A DNA stretch of 64,000 nt from Clostridia bacterium (GTDB lineage: Bacteria > Bacillota > Clostridia > Christensenellales > DTU072), in contig JAZSMH010000031.1 in NCBI GenBank assembly GCA_045535785.1, forward strand, positions 61,903-125,902, given 5' to 3'. The translations under genes and the position numbers were made by a program. Position 1 is the stretch's first letter. Every line of letters starts with the position of its first letter. The notes under the pieces are model-generated. The model did no database searches. It saw nothing but the letters and a program-made list of their open reading frames with translations, and was not told the DNA's origin. This document shows positions 10,301 through 20,879 of this stretch, piece after piece.

Positions 10301-11932
10301 ATGATTTCGAATTTGTCGGCAGCGCAACTTATAGATATTTTTAAGGGCGCACAACAAAATTTAATTATAAATAAAGATTACGTTGATAGTCTTAACGTTT
10401 TCCCTGTTCCCGATGGTGATACGGGTACCAATATGGGTTTAACTATAACGGCTACAGCGAAAGAAATTTCTGATTTAAAAACTGATAATATACCCGAAAT
10501 AATAAATACTATTGCTCGTGGTGCCTTGAAGGGTGCAAGGGGTAATAGTGGTGTCATTCTTAGTCAGATTTTTAAGGGAATGAGTGAAGTAATCGCCGAG
10601 AACAAAGGACCGCTTAACACAAAGTGTTTTGCAAAGGCTCTTAAAGCAGGTTCTAACAAAGCATATGAAGCTGTAACCCATCCCAAGGAAGGAACGATGC
10701 TCACCGTAATAAGAATTGTAGGTGAGAGCGCTGTAAAGATTAGCAATAGAACGACAGACTTTTTAGAATTTTTTGAAAAAGTTATAGCAAAAGGCGACAA
10801 AGCTCTTGCAGATACTCCTAATTTGTTACCAATACTTGCAAAAGCAGGCGTAGTAGATAGTGGTGGTCAAGGTTTGATGTATATCTTTAAGGGTATGTAT
10901 AACGTTCTTGCTGGTATTCCTATGCAAGAAGTCGTTGAAGAGCATCCGACTAAGATTGTTTCTCCGGTAGCAGATTTTTCTGATGAGCACGATTTAGAAA
11001 ATATACAGTTTACTTATTGTACGGAATTTTTTATTATCAATTTAAAGAAACACGTTACTTTATCTGATATTGACAAATTACGTGACAAACTAATGAAAAT
11101 CGGTGACTGCGTATTAGTTATAGGTGATTTGGAATTCATAAAAGTTCACGTACACACTAATCATCCCGACAAGGCATTAGGTTATGCTTTAATTTTGGGT
11201 GAAATTAATTTACCTAAGATTGAAAACATGCGCGAGCAAAACAAAGAAATTCAAAAGAACAAGAAAAAGGTTCGTAAACCTCGTGGCTTGCTTGCGATAA
11301 GTAGTGGTGATGGTTTTAAGGCTATGTTCACAGAATTTGGTGCGGACAAAGTGCTAGAAGGTGGACAAACTATGAATCCTAGCGTAGACGATATAATTCA
11401 CATGGTAGACGAAATTAATGCAGAGAACGTTTTTGTTTTACCTAACAATAAGAACATCGTACTTGCTTGTGAACAAGCGCAATCATTGCTAAACGAATGT
11501 AATTTGATCGTTATAGCAACAACCAACGTTTCTCAAGGTATAGCTGCGGCTATGTCGTACGACAAAGAAGCGGAAATTGAAATTGTTGAAGAGAATATGA
11601 GAAGTGCAGCTTCAATGGTAAGTTGTATTCAGGTTACACATTCCGTCAAAGATACCGAAATAGATGGCTTTGTCCTTAAGAATGGAGATATTATTGCTCT
11701 AGAAAAGGGAATAATAGCAAAAGGTAACGATCTAGAAGAAGTAATAATAGAAGCACTTGCAACTAAAGATAAAGATTCTATTTGCACTATAACAATGTAT
11801 TATGGTGAAGAATTGAACGAAGATACGGCAGAAGAAATAAGACAAAAGGTAGAAGAAGAATACGAAGACTGCGACGTGTTTGCTATTAATGGCGGACAAC
11901 CGCATTACAGCTTTTATATTACCGTAGAGTAA
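10301..11932 (+). CDS. DAK2 domain fusion protein (YloV family)
   Basis: The N-terminal DAK2 signature PVPDGDTGTNM is present. The 543-aa length fits the family. The yloU-yloV-recG gene order is conserved. Confidence 0.85.
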   Translation: MISNLSAAQLIDIFKGAQQNLIINKDYVDSLNVFPVPDGDTGTNMGLTITATAKEISDLKTDNIPEIINTIARGALKGARGNSGVILSQIFKGMSEVIAENKGPLNTKCFAKALKAGSNKAYEAVTHPKEGTMLTVIRIVGESAVKISNRTTDFLEFFEKVIAKGDKALADTPNLLPILAKAGVVDSGGQGLMYIFKGMYNVLAGIPMQEVVEEHPTKIVSPVADFSDEHDLENIQFTYCTEFFIINLKKHVTLSDIDKLRDKLMKIGDCVLVIGDLEFIKVHVHTNHPDKALGYALILGEINLPKIENMREQNKEIQKNKKKVRKPRGLLAISSGDGFKAMFTEFGADKVLEGGQTMNPSVDDIIHMVDEINAENVFVLPNNKNIVLACEQAQSLLNECNLIVIATTNVSQGIAAAMSYDKEAEIEIVEENMRSAASMVSCIQVTHSVKDTEIDGFVLKNGDIIALEKGIIAKGNDLEEVIIEALATKDKDSICTITMYYGEELNEDTAEEIRQKVEEEYEDCDVFAINGGQPHYSFYITVE

Positions 11933-13902
11933 TGTTATCTGAAATAAAAGGTGTCGGCAAAGTCACCGAAAAAAAACTTAATGAACTGAATATTTATACG
12001 AAAAAAGACGTTATAGAACGTCTTCCGCGTACTTACGTTGACCTTACTAGCGTAACGCCCCTGAGCGTTGCGATGGAAGGTCAATTTTGTATATTCGACG
12101 CTATTTTGGTAAAAGGCATTTCAAGTTTTAGTAAAGGTAATTTACAAATTTCTAAAGGAACGGTAAAGTCTGGTAACGACTTAATAAATTTAGTTTGGTT
12201 TAATCAAAATTACGTTTCAAAAATTTTACAAAAAGGCAAAGAATATACGTTTTATGGAAAGTTAAAAATTGTCAAAAATGCCTATGAAATAGTTAATCCA
12301 ATTTTTGAAGAAAAATCAAAAAAGTCATATCTTATTGGCATACATCCAATATATTGGACTAAGGGGTATATTCCGCAAGGAACTTATCACAATATTGTAA
12401 AAGAGACTTTGTCTGGTTTTCAATTTGAAAGCATAATAAGTGAAGACGTAGAAAAAGAATATCAATTAAAGAGCCTCGAAGAGTCATACAAAAATTTGCA
12501 CCTACCGCAATCGATTGAATTAAAAGAATACAAAGATAGGGTAGTCATAGAGAATATAGTTAGACGAATATGTGCGTATAAGGTAGCAAAAGATACGAAA
12601 TCTACTATAAAAAGCAATAGATACAGCTTATTGAGAGATGATGGTGAATTTGAGAAGCTATTACCTTTTAAGCTTAACGAATCTCAAAAGACAGTCATAA
12701 AAGAATTAAAGCATGTATTGTGCTCGCAAAAAACATTGAATGGCATTTTGTGTGGAGACGTAGGTAGTGGAAAAACGGCAGTTGCTCTAAGTATAGCATA
12801 TTTTGCAATAAAGAACGGCTACACAGTAGCGTTAATGGCGCCTACTGAAATATTGGCATTACAACATTATAATTTTGCAAAAAATCTACTAGATCAGCTC
12901 GGTATAAGAACTTGTTTTTTAAGCGGAAATACGAAAAAATCAGTCAAAGAAGATATTTATTTTTCTATCAAAAATCAAGAATTTGACTTAATTGTAGGTA
13001 CGCACTCTTTATTGAATAATGAGCTAAAAATTTCTAATTTAGGACTAGTGATTGAAGATGAACAACACAGGTTTGGGGTTGCGCAAAGAACTAGGTTGAT
13101 AATGAAAAACAATAACGTTGATGTGTTAACTTTGAGTGCGACGCCCATTCCTAGATCCATGCAACTCCTTGCTTACGGTGAAGTCGACTACTTTACAATT
13201 AAAAGTAGAAGAGAATCAGCTATAAAGACTGCGATTGTGGGAAGTCAAAAGAGAGAAGCAATGTGGAGATTCTTTAGAGCCGAAGCTAATAAAGACAATC
13301 GAATATTCGTCGTGGCACCTAAGATTTTTGATGCAGAAGGTATAGAAAAAGAATCAGTAGAGAGTCTCTATAGTGAAGCACTCGGTTATTTTGACAAAAA
13401 TACAGTTGGGTATCTACACGGAAAAATGAAACCGGAACAAAAGCAAAAGGCGATTGATGATTTTAAGAAAGGAATAACAAAACTGCTAATTTCTACCACC
13501 GTTATTGAAGTGGGAATCGACGTACCCGAAGCGGGAATAATAGTGATTATGGGGGCGGAGAATTTTGGATTGGCAACCTTACACCAACTGCGCGGTAGAG
13601 TAGGTCGGGGCGGGCAAGAAGCGTATTGTTTTTTGTATACGGAGAAGAAACCTACCGAAGGCTTGATACATCTATGCTCTTGCCATGATGGATTCGAGCT
13701 TGCGGAAAAAGATTTCGAATTAAGAGGTGCAGGTGAACTTTTTGGCGTTGAGCAGTCTGGAAGAGGAACGCTAGATGGATTAACCTATAAGACTTTAAAG
13801 GTCGCAAAACGAATAGCGGATACTGTTGATTTGGAATTACATAGATCAAAATTATCTTCAGAAATTTTCGATTATTCGCTTTTTGATGTCAGTTTAACCT
13901 AA
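11932..13902 (+). CDS. recG: ATP-dependent DNA helicase RecG
   Basis: Walker A GDVGSGKT. DEQHRFG box. QLRGRVGRG motif VI. N-terminal wedge/OB region. Start overlaps the yloV stop (TAATG). Confidence 0.92.
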   Translation: MLSEIKGVGKVTEKKLNELNIYTKKDVIERLPRTYVDLTSVTPLSVAMEGQFCIFDAILVKGISSFSKGNLQISKGTVKSGNDLINLVWFNQNYVSKILQKGKEYTFYGKLKIVKNAYEIVNPIFEEKSKKSYLIGIHPIYWTKGYIPQGTYHNIVKETLSGFQFESIISEDVEKEYQLKSLEESYKNLHLPQSIELKEYKDRVVIENIVRRICAYKVAKDTKSTIKSNRYSLLRDDGEFEKLLPFKLNESQKTVIKELKHVLCSQKTLNGILCGDVGSGKTAVALSIAYFAIKNGYTVALMAPTEILALQHYNFAKNLLDQLGIRTCFLSGNTKKSVKEDIYFSIKNQEFDLIVGTHSLLNNELKISNLGLVIEDEQHRFGVAQRTRLIMKNNNVDVLTLSATPIPRSMQLLAYGEVDYFTIKSRRESAIKTAIVGSQKREAMWRFFRAEANKDNRIFVVAPKIFDAEGIEKESVESLYSEALGYFDKNTVGYLHGKMKPEQKQKAIDDFKKGITKLLISTTVIEVGIDVPEAGIIVIMGAENFGLATLHQLRGRVGRGGQEAYCFLYTEKKPTEGLIHLCSCHDGFELAEKDFELRGAGELFGVEQSGRGTLDGLTYKTLKVAKRIADTVDLELHRSKLSSEIFDYSLFDVSLT

Positions 13903-13976
13903 AATACAAGGTTTTTCAGTAAAAAATAGACAATTTTTAACGAAGACAGATAATTTAATTTTTTTAAAATTAAGTC

Positions 13977-14005
13977 TTGATTTTTCGCGCGTTTAATGCT
14001 ATATT
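13977..14005 (+). promoter_or_regulatory. Candidate extended -10 promoter for the LRR lipoprotein locus
   Basis: TTGATT (13977-13982), 17 nt spacer, TGc-TATATT (-10 at 14000-14005). GGAG at 14028-14031 sits 9 nt before ATG 14041. Confidence 0.5.
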
Positions 14006-14040
14006 ATTATATATAATAATTACGCGCGGAGCAAATCCTT

Positions 14041-17000
14041 ATGAAAAAATCTAAACTTACAATTTTGTTAACACTAATTACACTGCTTTCGGTTGTTATT
14101 TTCGGAGCATGTACGGCGAATTCTCAACAGACTGATGGAGATGACGTAGTAATAGATTACGCTAACATAGAAAGCGTAGTTCTTGACGATGAAGAAAGTT
14201 TGATAGAAATAGGATTTTTGTTGGATACATTCAAAGTTTCTGATGTAAAGTTGCGCATTAATTATTATGATGGTGAAAGTGTTGTTATAGATGCTTCGGA
14301 CAGTATGGTAAAAGCGGAAGATAGATCTAAGCTAACGGCCGTGGGCGAACATTCCATAACGTTGATTTATGGTAAATACGTTATTCCTGTTAGATTGAAA
14401 TTGTACATACAACAAGAAACTAAGTACACGGTGACTTTTTTAAGTGAAACTGGTGATCGTGTTGTTGATACCCAATATTTAACGGAGTCACAGTTGGCGG
14501 TAGTTCCTAGCCTCGGGACGAAGCCAGGATATACTTTTGTTGGTTGGAAAGATAGAGATACCAATCAAATGATATCAACATTTAGTTTTAGCAAGAATAC
14601 AACCTTGGTAGCTGTATTTGCACCTAATTATTATGACGTCGAGTACTATACTAGAATAGGCGAAAAAGATACTTTGATTGCTAGAATAAGTGTACCACGT
14701 GGAAAGAGTGCACTTGAATATGCTCCAGAAATTCCTATCGTATCGGGATATAGTAATGGAAGATGGGAAGACGAGGAAAGTATGGACGCCGTAAACAGCG
14801 AAGGGTTGGAGTTCTATGCGATATACGATAGAGATTGCGTTCTCGTTACATTCTCGTATTATAAATACGTAGAAGGTGAATATTATGATTACGCTATATC
14901 TTGGTATGTTGATAATGCAACCGAAGGTATAGTTCCGCCAGATGACGTTGAAAAGGTTGAAAATTACGTCTTTACAAAATGGTACGTTGAGAAGAACAAT
15001 AAAAAAATTCCCGTACAATTTCCTTACAAAGTTACGGCAGAAATCAATTTCGTAGCAGATTATATTTCTTACGACAAGGGTACTAACGGTCTTGTGTATC
15101 AATATAACGGCGTGGATGCCTATACGATTATAGACTACACGGGTGAAGATACTTCAGTTGTCATACCAGAATATCATGACACGGAAGAAAACGGCGTATT
15201 ACCAGTGACAGCAATAGTAGAAAACGCTTTTTTAGGAAAGAATATCAATAGATTCTATGTAAGCTCTAGCAACAGGTATTTTAGAGCTTACGATTATGTT
15301 CTTTATAACGTTAATCGTACCGAATTGGTTGCATATCCTTCGGCTAATAACAAAACTGAATTTACGATGAACGAAGTTACTGAAAAAGTAAGAGCGTATG
15401 CGTTTTATGGGGCGAAAAATTTGAAAAATATCGTTTTATCAGTAAAACTTAACGATATAGGTAAATACGCGTTTGCAGAATGTTACGATTTAGAGGCTAT
15501 CACAATTCCCGATGGAGTTACCATAATTAACGAAGGTACGTTTATGTCGTCATACCCAAGTAAATTAAAATCCTTGACGCTAGGGAACAAAGTAAATACG
15601 GTAGCCGACTATGCTTTTTACGGCTTAACAAATTTGGAGAGTATAGCATTTTCGGAAACTCTTTCTTCATTAGGTTCTTACGTATTTTATGGGTGTAATT
15701 CATTGGCGAAAATAAGCGTTATCAACAACGAGTTGTTTACCGTATATAATGGCGCGTTATACGGAAAACTTTACGTGGGGCATACTAACCCGTATTATTA
15801 TTTATACGCTTATCCAGCAAAATACTCTAACGTTAGTACCGAATTCGAAGCAAGAGAAGAGGTAAGAACGGTAAAAAGCGGAGCGATAATAAACGCGGCA
15901 CTAGCTAGCATATATTTTGAAACAAATAGCGTACATTTTGAGCAAAATAGCATAGTATGTCCTTCTCTTGTGTCGATTAGATTTGGTGATACGACTGTTA
16001 CCGCAGACGAAGGTGCTTATGGCGAATATAGGCCCTCGGAGTGTTATGCATTAGCAGGTGCAGATTTGAGCGAATCTCTATATGGTGAGGGAGAAATTAG
16101 TTATTACACTTATGCCAATTGGAATGAATATAGAGATTTTTCTGGTAACTATGCATACGTTATCGATAACAACAAGATGGCTACGATAGTCGGGTATAAA
16201 GGAAGAGAAACGGAAATAGTTGTTCCTAATACCTTTGGTAGTTTCAAAGTAAATGCGATAGGAAAGTTTGCATTTGCGAATAATACCATCGTAGAAAAAA
16301 TCGTTTTACCGGAGAATTTAGAGATTATCTCAAATAGCGCATTTTTAGGGTGCCATTCTTTGGTAAAGGTTGAAGCTGGAAGTAAAATCAAGAGTATTGG
16401 CGATAATGCATTTGAGAATTGTATTTCACTTACAACAATTTCTATCAGTTCTACGATAGAAACTTGTGGAGAATCTAGTTTTGCGAATACTGCATTAGTA
16501 AGTAAAGATGGCTTTATAATAATCGGTGGAGTGCTTTTGGCATATAATGGCTATGACGAAAATGTAGTTATTCCTAGTGAAGTTACTATTATTTACGATG
16601 GTGCTTTTGAGAATAAATACAACGTTAAGACTATTGATTTTGCATCGGATAGCAATCTAAAAGTTATCGGTAAAAGAGCTTTTGCTAATTGTTGTGATAT
16701 TGAGACGATTGCATTCCCAGAATCATTGACTTTGATTAAAGATGAGGCGTTTTATGGTTGTTCGCATTTATATCTAATTGTCGGGCTCGAAGGAAAAACA
16801 ATAGGCGAGAATGTTTTTTCAGAAACAGCAAAAGAAAGCGGTCAAATAGCCTCATATTGGGTAATTAACGATGATAAGTTGGAAGAATATAATGGAAATG
16901 CAAGCGAATTAGTCATTCCTGCTGGCATTAAAATCATAGGAAAAAATGCCTTCAAGAATAATGACACGTTGGTAAAGGTAGTATTGAATTCAGACGTTTT

Positions 17001-20000
17001 GATGATAGAAGATGGTGCCTTTGCATATTGTCAAAATCTTGAAGAGGTCGTACTTAATAGCAAAATATCTACAATAGGAAAGGATGCATTCTTTAATTGT
17101 GCTAATTTGGCGTTATTTAATTTGGAGAATTCGCCTATGTTAAATGACGTAGATAGCACTGCCTTCCTAGGAACAAAATGGCTTAACGAATACGTAGACG
17201 ATTCTTTGGTAATTAACGGAATATTCTATAAGTATAACGGTAATCAAACCGAGTTACATTTGAAAAATTCAATCGTTAGAATTAACGACGAAGCATTTAG
17301 AAATAACACTGTTTTAAAGACTGTATATCTTCCTGAAAGTTTGGAGAAGATTGGCAAATATGCATTTGCAAATTCTAATATTGAGAATGTGAAATTCTCA
17401 ACGACGTCAAATAGAGTTGCTGTTATTGACGAGTATGCATTTTTCAAGTGTAAGAAACTTGTTAATCTCGATTTAGCACTTTTAGACAAATTAACGACGA
17501 TAGGCGCATATGCTTTTGCGGAAATTGATTCTTCGATAAATAATGCTCTGCATATCTTTATTTCGAGTGAAGTAACGGAAATAGGTGAAAGCGCGTTTGA
17601 AAGATCGAGAATTAGCACTGTTAGATTTGAAGAAAATAGTAGATTAGAAACTATCAATAACAATACTTTTGCGTATTGTCAAAATCTAGTATCGGTTGTG
17701 TTTAACGGAAAGAGTAATTTATACGAGATAAGCAACGATGCATTTTTAGGCTGTTCTTCACTACGTGTGTTCAATAATGTCGATTGCAAATTGGAGAGTA
17801 TTGGCGAAAATGCATTCAAAGATTGTACACAGCTAGAGGTAATAAACGTTACGGAAAACAATATAAAATTTGTTGGCAAGGGTGCGTTTGATAATGTCAA
17901 AGCAATAGAAAATAGCAATGACACTTTGGTTTATATAGGTACGATCATTGTTAAATATAACGGTGTTAGGGACGTCGTTTTTGTAAAGGCTGACACCACG
18001 GGTATAGGCAATGGTGCGTTTAGTGGTAACGCTTATGTAAAGGAAATAGTATTCTTGTGCGATGACGAAGGGAATAGTGCGATAAAGGAAATCCAGTCGG
18101 GTGCATTTGAAAACTGTATTTCGTTAAACAAAATAGTGATTCCTCAAAACGTAGAAACTATAGGTGATAACGTATTTAGCGGTTGTTCCTCGTTAAAAGA
18201 GGTAACAATCAGCTACGGTGTTACGTCGATAGGAGATTTTGTATTCAAGAATTGTGTCGCTTTAGAACAAATTTCTCTACCTCAAACCATTAATAATATA
18301 GGCGAAGGTGCATTCATTGGTTGTGAAAACTTAAAAGTAGTCGACGTATCAAACGAAAGATATCATACCGTAGACGGTTTTACGCTAGAATTAACAGATA
18401 CGTCGAATGGAAAATCAGCAAAGGTGATAGCATATGCTCCAGCGTTAAAAGTAGACGACGTTGACGTTGTTGACATAGTTATACCCGACGTCGTATCAAT
18501 AAACGATGAAGAATATATGGTAGATGCGTTGGGTTCATACCTATTCGCACAAAATAAAGTAGCGCAAAGTATAAAGTTTGGTAGCAATATCGAAGAAATA
18601 GGAAGCTATGCATTCGAGGGTATTCAGGCAAGTTTAGATATGTCTAATGCGAACGTAAACGTGATAAATGATTATGCTTTTGCTGAATATAAAGGAACGA
18701 GTCTAGTATTACCCGATACAGTACGAGAACTTGGTGATAGCGTATTTTACAACGCAACGAATCTTACTAATCTTGTGTTACCAACAGAATTAAGGAATAT
18801 TGGCTCCTATTCATTCTATAGCGTTAAATGCAGCATTGACTGGAATAACAATAAGACTATAGATGAATTGAGCGATTACTTATTTATTGGATACTTGGGA
18901 GACAAAATAGAAGTCCCTGCAACGGTAACTAAGATTGGCCAATATTGTTTTAGTGGAGTACAGGCTAGTATAGAGTGGAGTCTCGATGCAAATATAACTG
19001 CTATAAGTGATTATGCGTTCAGTAATTATAGAGGAATAGAAATATCCATACCAGAAAGCATAATGGAAATAGGAGAACACGCATTTGAGAGGGCAATGGC
19101 ACTTACAACAATATACGTTCCGCAAAAAGTAGAAAAAATAGGTGCCTATGCATTCTCAAAAGTCAACGCAAGCATTATATTTGATGTGAATTCAAATATC
19201 TTAGAGATAGGTGAGTATGCCTTTGCTGAATATAATGGTGTAGAGTTCAGTCTGCCGAGCACAGTTGAAAAAATAGGCGCATATGCATTTTTAGGTACGT
19301 TTGAGATGTTAAGATTTGATTTTGGTACACAATCTCAATTGACGTCTATAGAAAATAATGCATTTACTGGATCTGGCATAACCGAAGTTGTTTTACCCGA
19401 ATCCGTAGTTAGCATAGGCGAAGAAGCATTTTTTGGATGTTATAATTTGGATCGATTCGAGTTAAAAGTTACAAATAACTTTGAAGAAACGTATGATATT
19501 GGATATAACGCACTCGGATTAACTGAAAATTTAAGAGAAATAATTTTACCAAGCGTTTCATTTAACGGTGGCAACAATGCTTATCTTGGATATATTTTTG
19601 GTGCAAGAAGTTATGAGGAGAATTCAAGCTGCGTACCGTCTACTTTGGTTAGCGTTACGGTTTGCATGGGTAGAATAAAATCTAATGCGCTATATGAATG
19701 TAAAACGATTGAGGAATTTTATTGTTCGGATAACGTTACAGCATTAGAAAATTCTGCGCTTACAGGATGTAAGTCTATTAGTAAAATAGATGTCCCCTAC
19801 GGCGACGTAATAGGCAAATTATTCGGGGCGTCAAAACATAGCGAAAACATTAAGTATGTGCCCGAGACGTTAAAAGATGTAACTATCAGTAAGGTTACTG
19901 AAATTAAAGATAATATTTTCAGTAACTGCACGGCAATAGAGAAAATAACTTTACCTGAAGGTCTTGTATCTATAGGTAATGCAGCATTCTTTAATTGTAA

Positions 20001-20874
20001 AGAATTACAAAACGTTAATATAGGGCTTAACGTAGCCAATATAGGAAGTCAAGCATTTGCTGGGTGTTCTAAATTAACAACCATTGGCGTAGATGAAAAC
20101 AATGCTCATTTTGCAACGAATGGCGGTGTGCTTTTCAAATATGACGATACTCAAAAAGAAGCGGTGTTGATTGCGTATCCGACGATGAAGGATGACACTT
20201 CATATACGGTTGCTTTTGAAAAAGGTGGTGTAAATTATAACGTTACACAAATAGCACCGTATGCGTTCTATTATGCAAAGCTTAACGTATTAATTCTTCC
20301 TTCAAGTGTAACTACGATAGGGGATTATGCATTTGCGAATGCTGCTTTGACCAAAATTAATCTACCTACGGCGGACATAAGCGAACACGCCCTCTACAAC
20401 TGTTTATACTTAAATGAGGTTTACGTGACGAATAAGGATGTTGTTAGTGGCGAAAAAATGGCTCATCTTGTAAAAGATAACAAAGTAAAAACATTTTACG
20501 TGTTGGAAAATATTGTATTAGATAGTGATTCATTCCTACTTGCATACGAGTACATAAAGCTTGAGCAAAAGGTTGTTAGTGGTGGTCAAACGTATTTCGT
20601 ATACACCGTTGACAGTGTTTATCGTATTAGTGTATTTACCGAAGATACGATGATAGGATGTTCTGTAGCAGTAGACGGTGTTATTGGTTCAATGTCTGGA
20701 CAATACGTTGCTGGCAGCGTGCTTACGTTGACAGCGATAGAAGGGGAGAATTATAAATTTGTAGGCTGGTACAATGGCTCGACGTTATTATCAGAAGACG
20801 TAGAAATTACATATGTAGTTGAAACGAAGAGTAGTGATATAAAAGCAATATTTGAAGTAGTGACATTAGGTTAA
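14041..20874 (+). CDS. Giant surface lipoprotein (2277 aa) with BspA-type leucine-rich repeats plus Listeria-Bacteroides (Flg_new) repeats
   Basis: The signal peptide carries a lipobox (LLSVVIFGAC). An N-terminal Ig-like module follows. Flg_new-like units are present (YTVTFLSETGD...GYTFVGWKD...TTLVAVF, and C-terminal YKFVGWYNGS). Dozens of LRR_5-type units match the pattern IG..AF..C..L..I.IP..V..I. Confidence 0.85.
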   Translation: MKKSKLTILLTLITLLSVVIFGACTANSQQTDGDDVVIDYANIESVVLDDEESLIEIGFLLDTFKVSDVKLRINYYDGESVVIDASDSMVKAEDRSKLTAVGEHSITLIYGKYVIPVRLKLYIQQETKYTVTFLSETGDRVVDTQYLTESQLAVVPSLGTKPGYTFVGWKDRDTNQMISTFSFSKNTTLVAVFAPNYYDVEYYTRIGEKDTLIARISVPRGKSALEYAPEIPIVSGYSNGRWEDEESMDAVNSEGLEFYAIYDRDCVLVTFSYYKYVEGEYYDYAISWYVDNATEGIVPPDDVEKVENYVFTKWYVEKNNKKIPVQFPYKVTAEINFVADYISYDKGTNGLVYQYNGVDAYTIIDYTGEDTSVVIPEYHDTEENGVLPVTAIVENAFLGKNINRFYVSSSNRYFRAYDYVLYNVNRTELVAYPSANNKTEFTMNEVTEKVRAYAFYGAKNLKNIVLSVKLNDIGKYAFAECYDLEAITIPDGVTIINEGTFMSSYPSKLKSLTLGNKVNTVADYAFYGLTNLESIAFSETLSSLGSYVFYGCNSLAKISVINNELFTVYNGALYGKLYVGHTNPYYYLYAYPAKYSNVSTEFEAREEVRTVKSGAIINAALASIYFETNSVHFEQNSIVCPSLVSIRFGDTTVTADEGAYGEYRPSECYALAGADLSESLYGEGEISYYTYANWNEYRDFSGNYAYVIDNNKMATIVGYKGRETEIVVPNTFGSFKVNAIGKFAFANNTIVEKIVLPENLEIISNSAFLGCHSLVKVEAGSKIKSIGDNAFENCISLTTISISSTIETCGESSFANTALVSKDGFIIIGGVLLAYNGYDENVVIPSEVTIIYDGAFENKYNVKTIDFASDSNLKVIGKRAFANCCDIETIAFPESLTLIKDEAFYGCSHLYLIVGLEGKTIGENVFSETAKESGQIASYWVINDDKLEEYNGNASELVIPAGIKIIGKNAFKNNDTLVKVVLNSDVLMIEDGAFAYCQNLEEVVLNSKISTIGKDAFFNCANLALFNLENSPMLNDVDSTAFLGTKWLNEYVDDSLVINGIFYKYNGNQTELHLKNSIVRINDEAFRNNTVLKTVYLPESLEKIGKYAFANSNIENVKFSTTSNRVAVIDEYAFFKCKKLVNLDLALLDKLTTIGAYAFAEIDSSINNALHIFISSEVTEIGESAFERSRISTVRFEENSRLETINNNTFAYCQNLVSVVFNGKSNLYEISNDAFLGCSSLRVFNNVDCKLESIGENAFKDCTQLEVINVTENNIKFVGKGAFDNVKAIENSNDTLVYIGTIIVKYNGVRDVVFVKADTTGIGNGAFSGNAYVKEIVFLCDDEGNSAIKEIQSGAFENCISLNKIVIPQNVETIGDNVFSGCSSLKEVTISYGVTSIGDFVFKNCVALEQISLPQTINNIGEGAFIGCENLKVVDVSNERYHTVDGFTLELTDTSNGKSAKVIAYAPALKVDDVDVVDIVIPDVVSINDEEYMVDALGSYLFAQNKVAQSIKFGSNIEEIGSYAFEGIQASLDMSNANVNVINDYAFAEYKGTSLVLPDTVRELGDSVFYNATNLTNLVLPTELRNIGSYSFYSVKCSIDWNNNKTIDELSDYLFIGYLGDKIEVPATVTKIGQYCFSGVQASIEWSLDANITAISDYAFSNYRGIEISIPESIMEIGEHAFERAMALTTIYVPQKVEKIGAYAFSKVNASIIFDVNSNILEIGEYAFAEYNGVEFSLPSTVEKIGAYAFLGTFEMLRFDFGTQSQLTSIENNAFTGSGITEVVLPESVVSIGEEAFFGCYNLDRFELKVTNNFEETYDIGYNALGLTENLREIILPSVSFNGGNNAYLGYIFGARSYEENSSCVPSTLVSVTVCMGRIKSNALYECKTIEEFYCSDNVTALENSALTGCKSISKIDVPYGDVIGKLFGASKHSENIKYVPETLKDVTISKVTEIKDNIFSNCTAIEKITLPEGLVSIGNAAFFNCKELQNVNIGLNVANIGSQAFAGCSKLTTIGVDENNAHFATNGGVLFKYDDTQKEAVLIAYPTMKDDTSYTVAFEKGGVNYNVTQIAPYAFYYAKLNVLILPSSVTTIGDYAFANAALTKINLPTADISEHALYNCLYLNEVYVTNKDVVSGEKMAHLVKDNKVKTFYVLENIVLDSDSFLLAYEYIKLEQKVVSGGQTYFVYTVDSVYRISVFTEDTMIGCSVAVDGVIGSMSGQYVAGSVLTLTAIEGENYKFVGWYNGSTLLSEDVEITYVVETKSSDIKAIFEVVTLG

Positions 20875-20879
20875 TAATT

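Noticed and set aside
13986-14028. Invertible (phase-variable) promoter upstream of the LRR giants
   Set aside because: The inverted repeat arms are only 7 bp and enclose about 29 bp. This is far smaller than known invertons, and no invertase gene is nearby. I kept it only as a possible operator (see findings).
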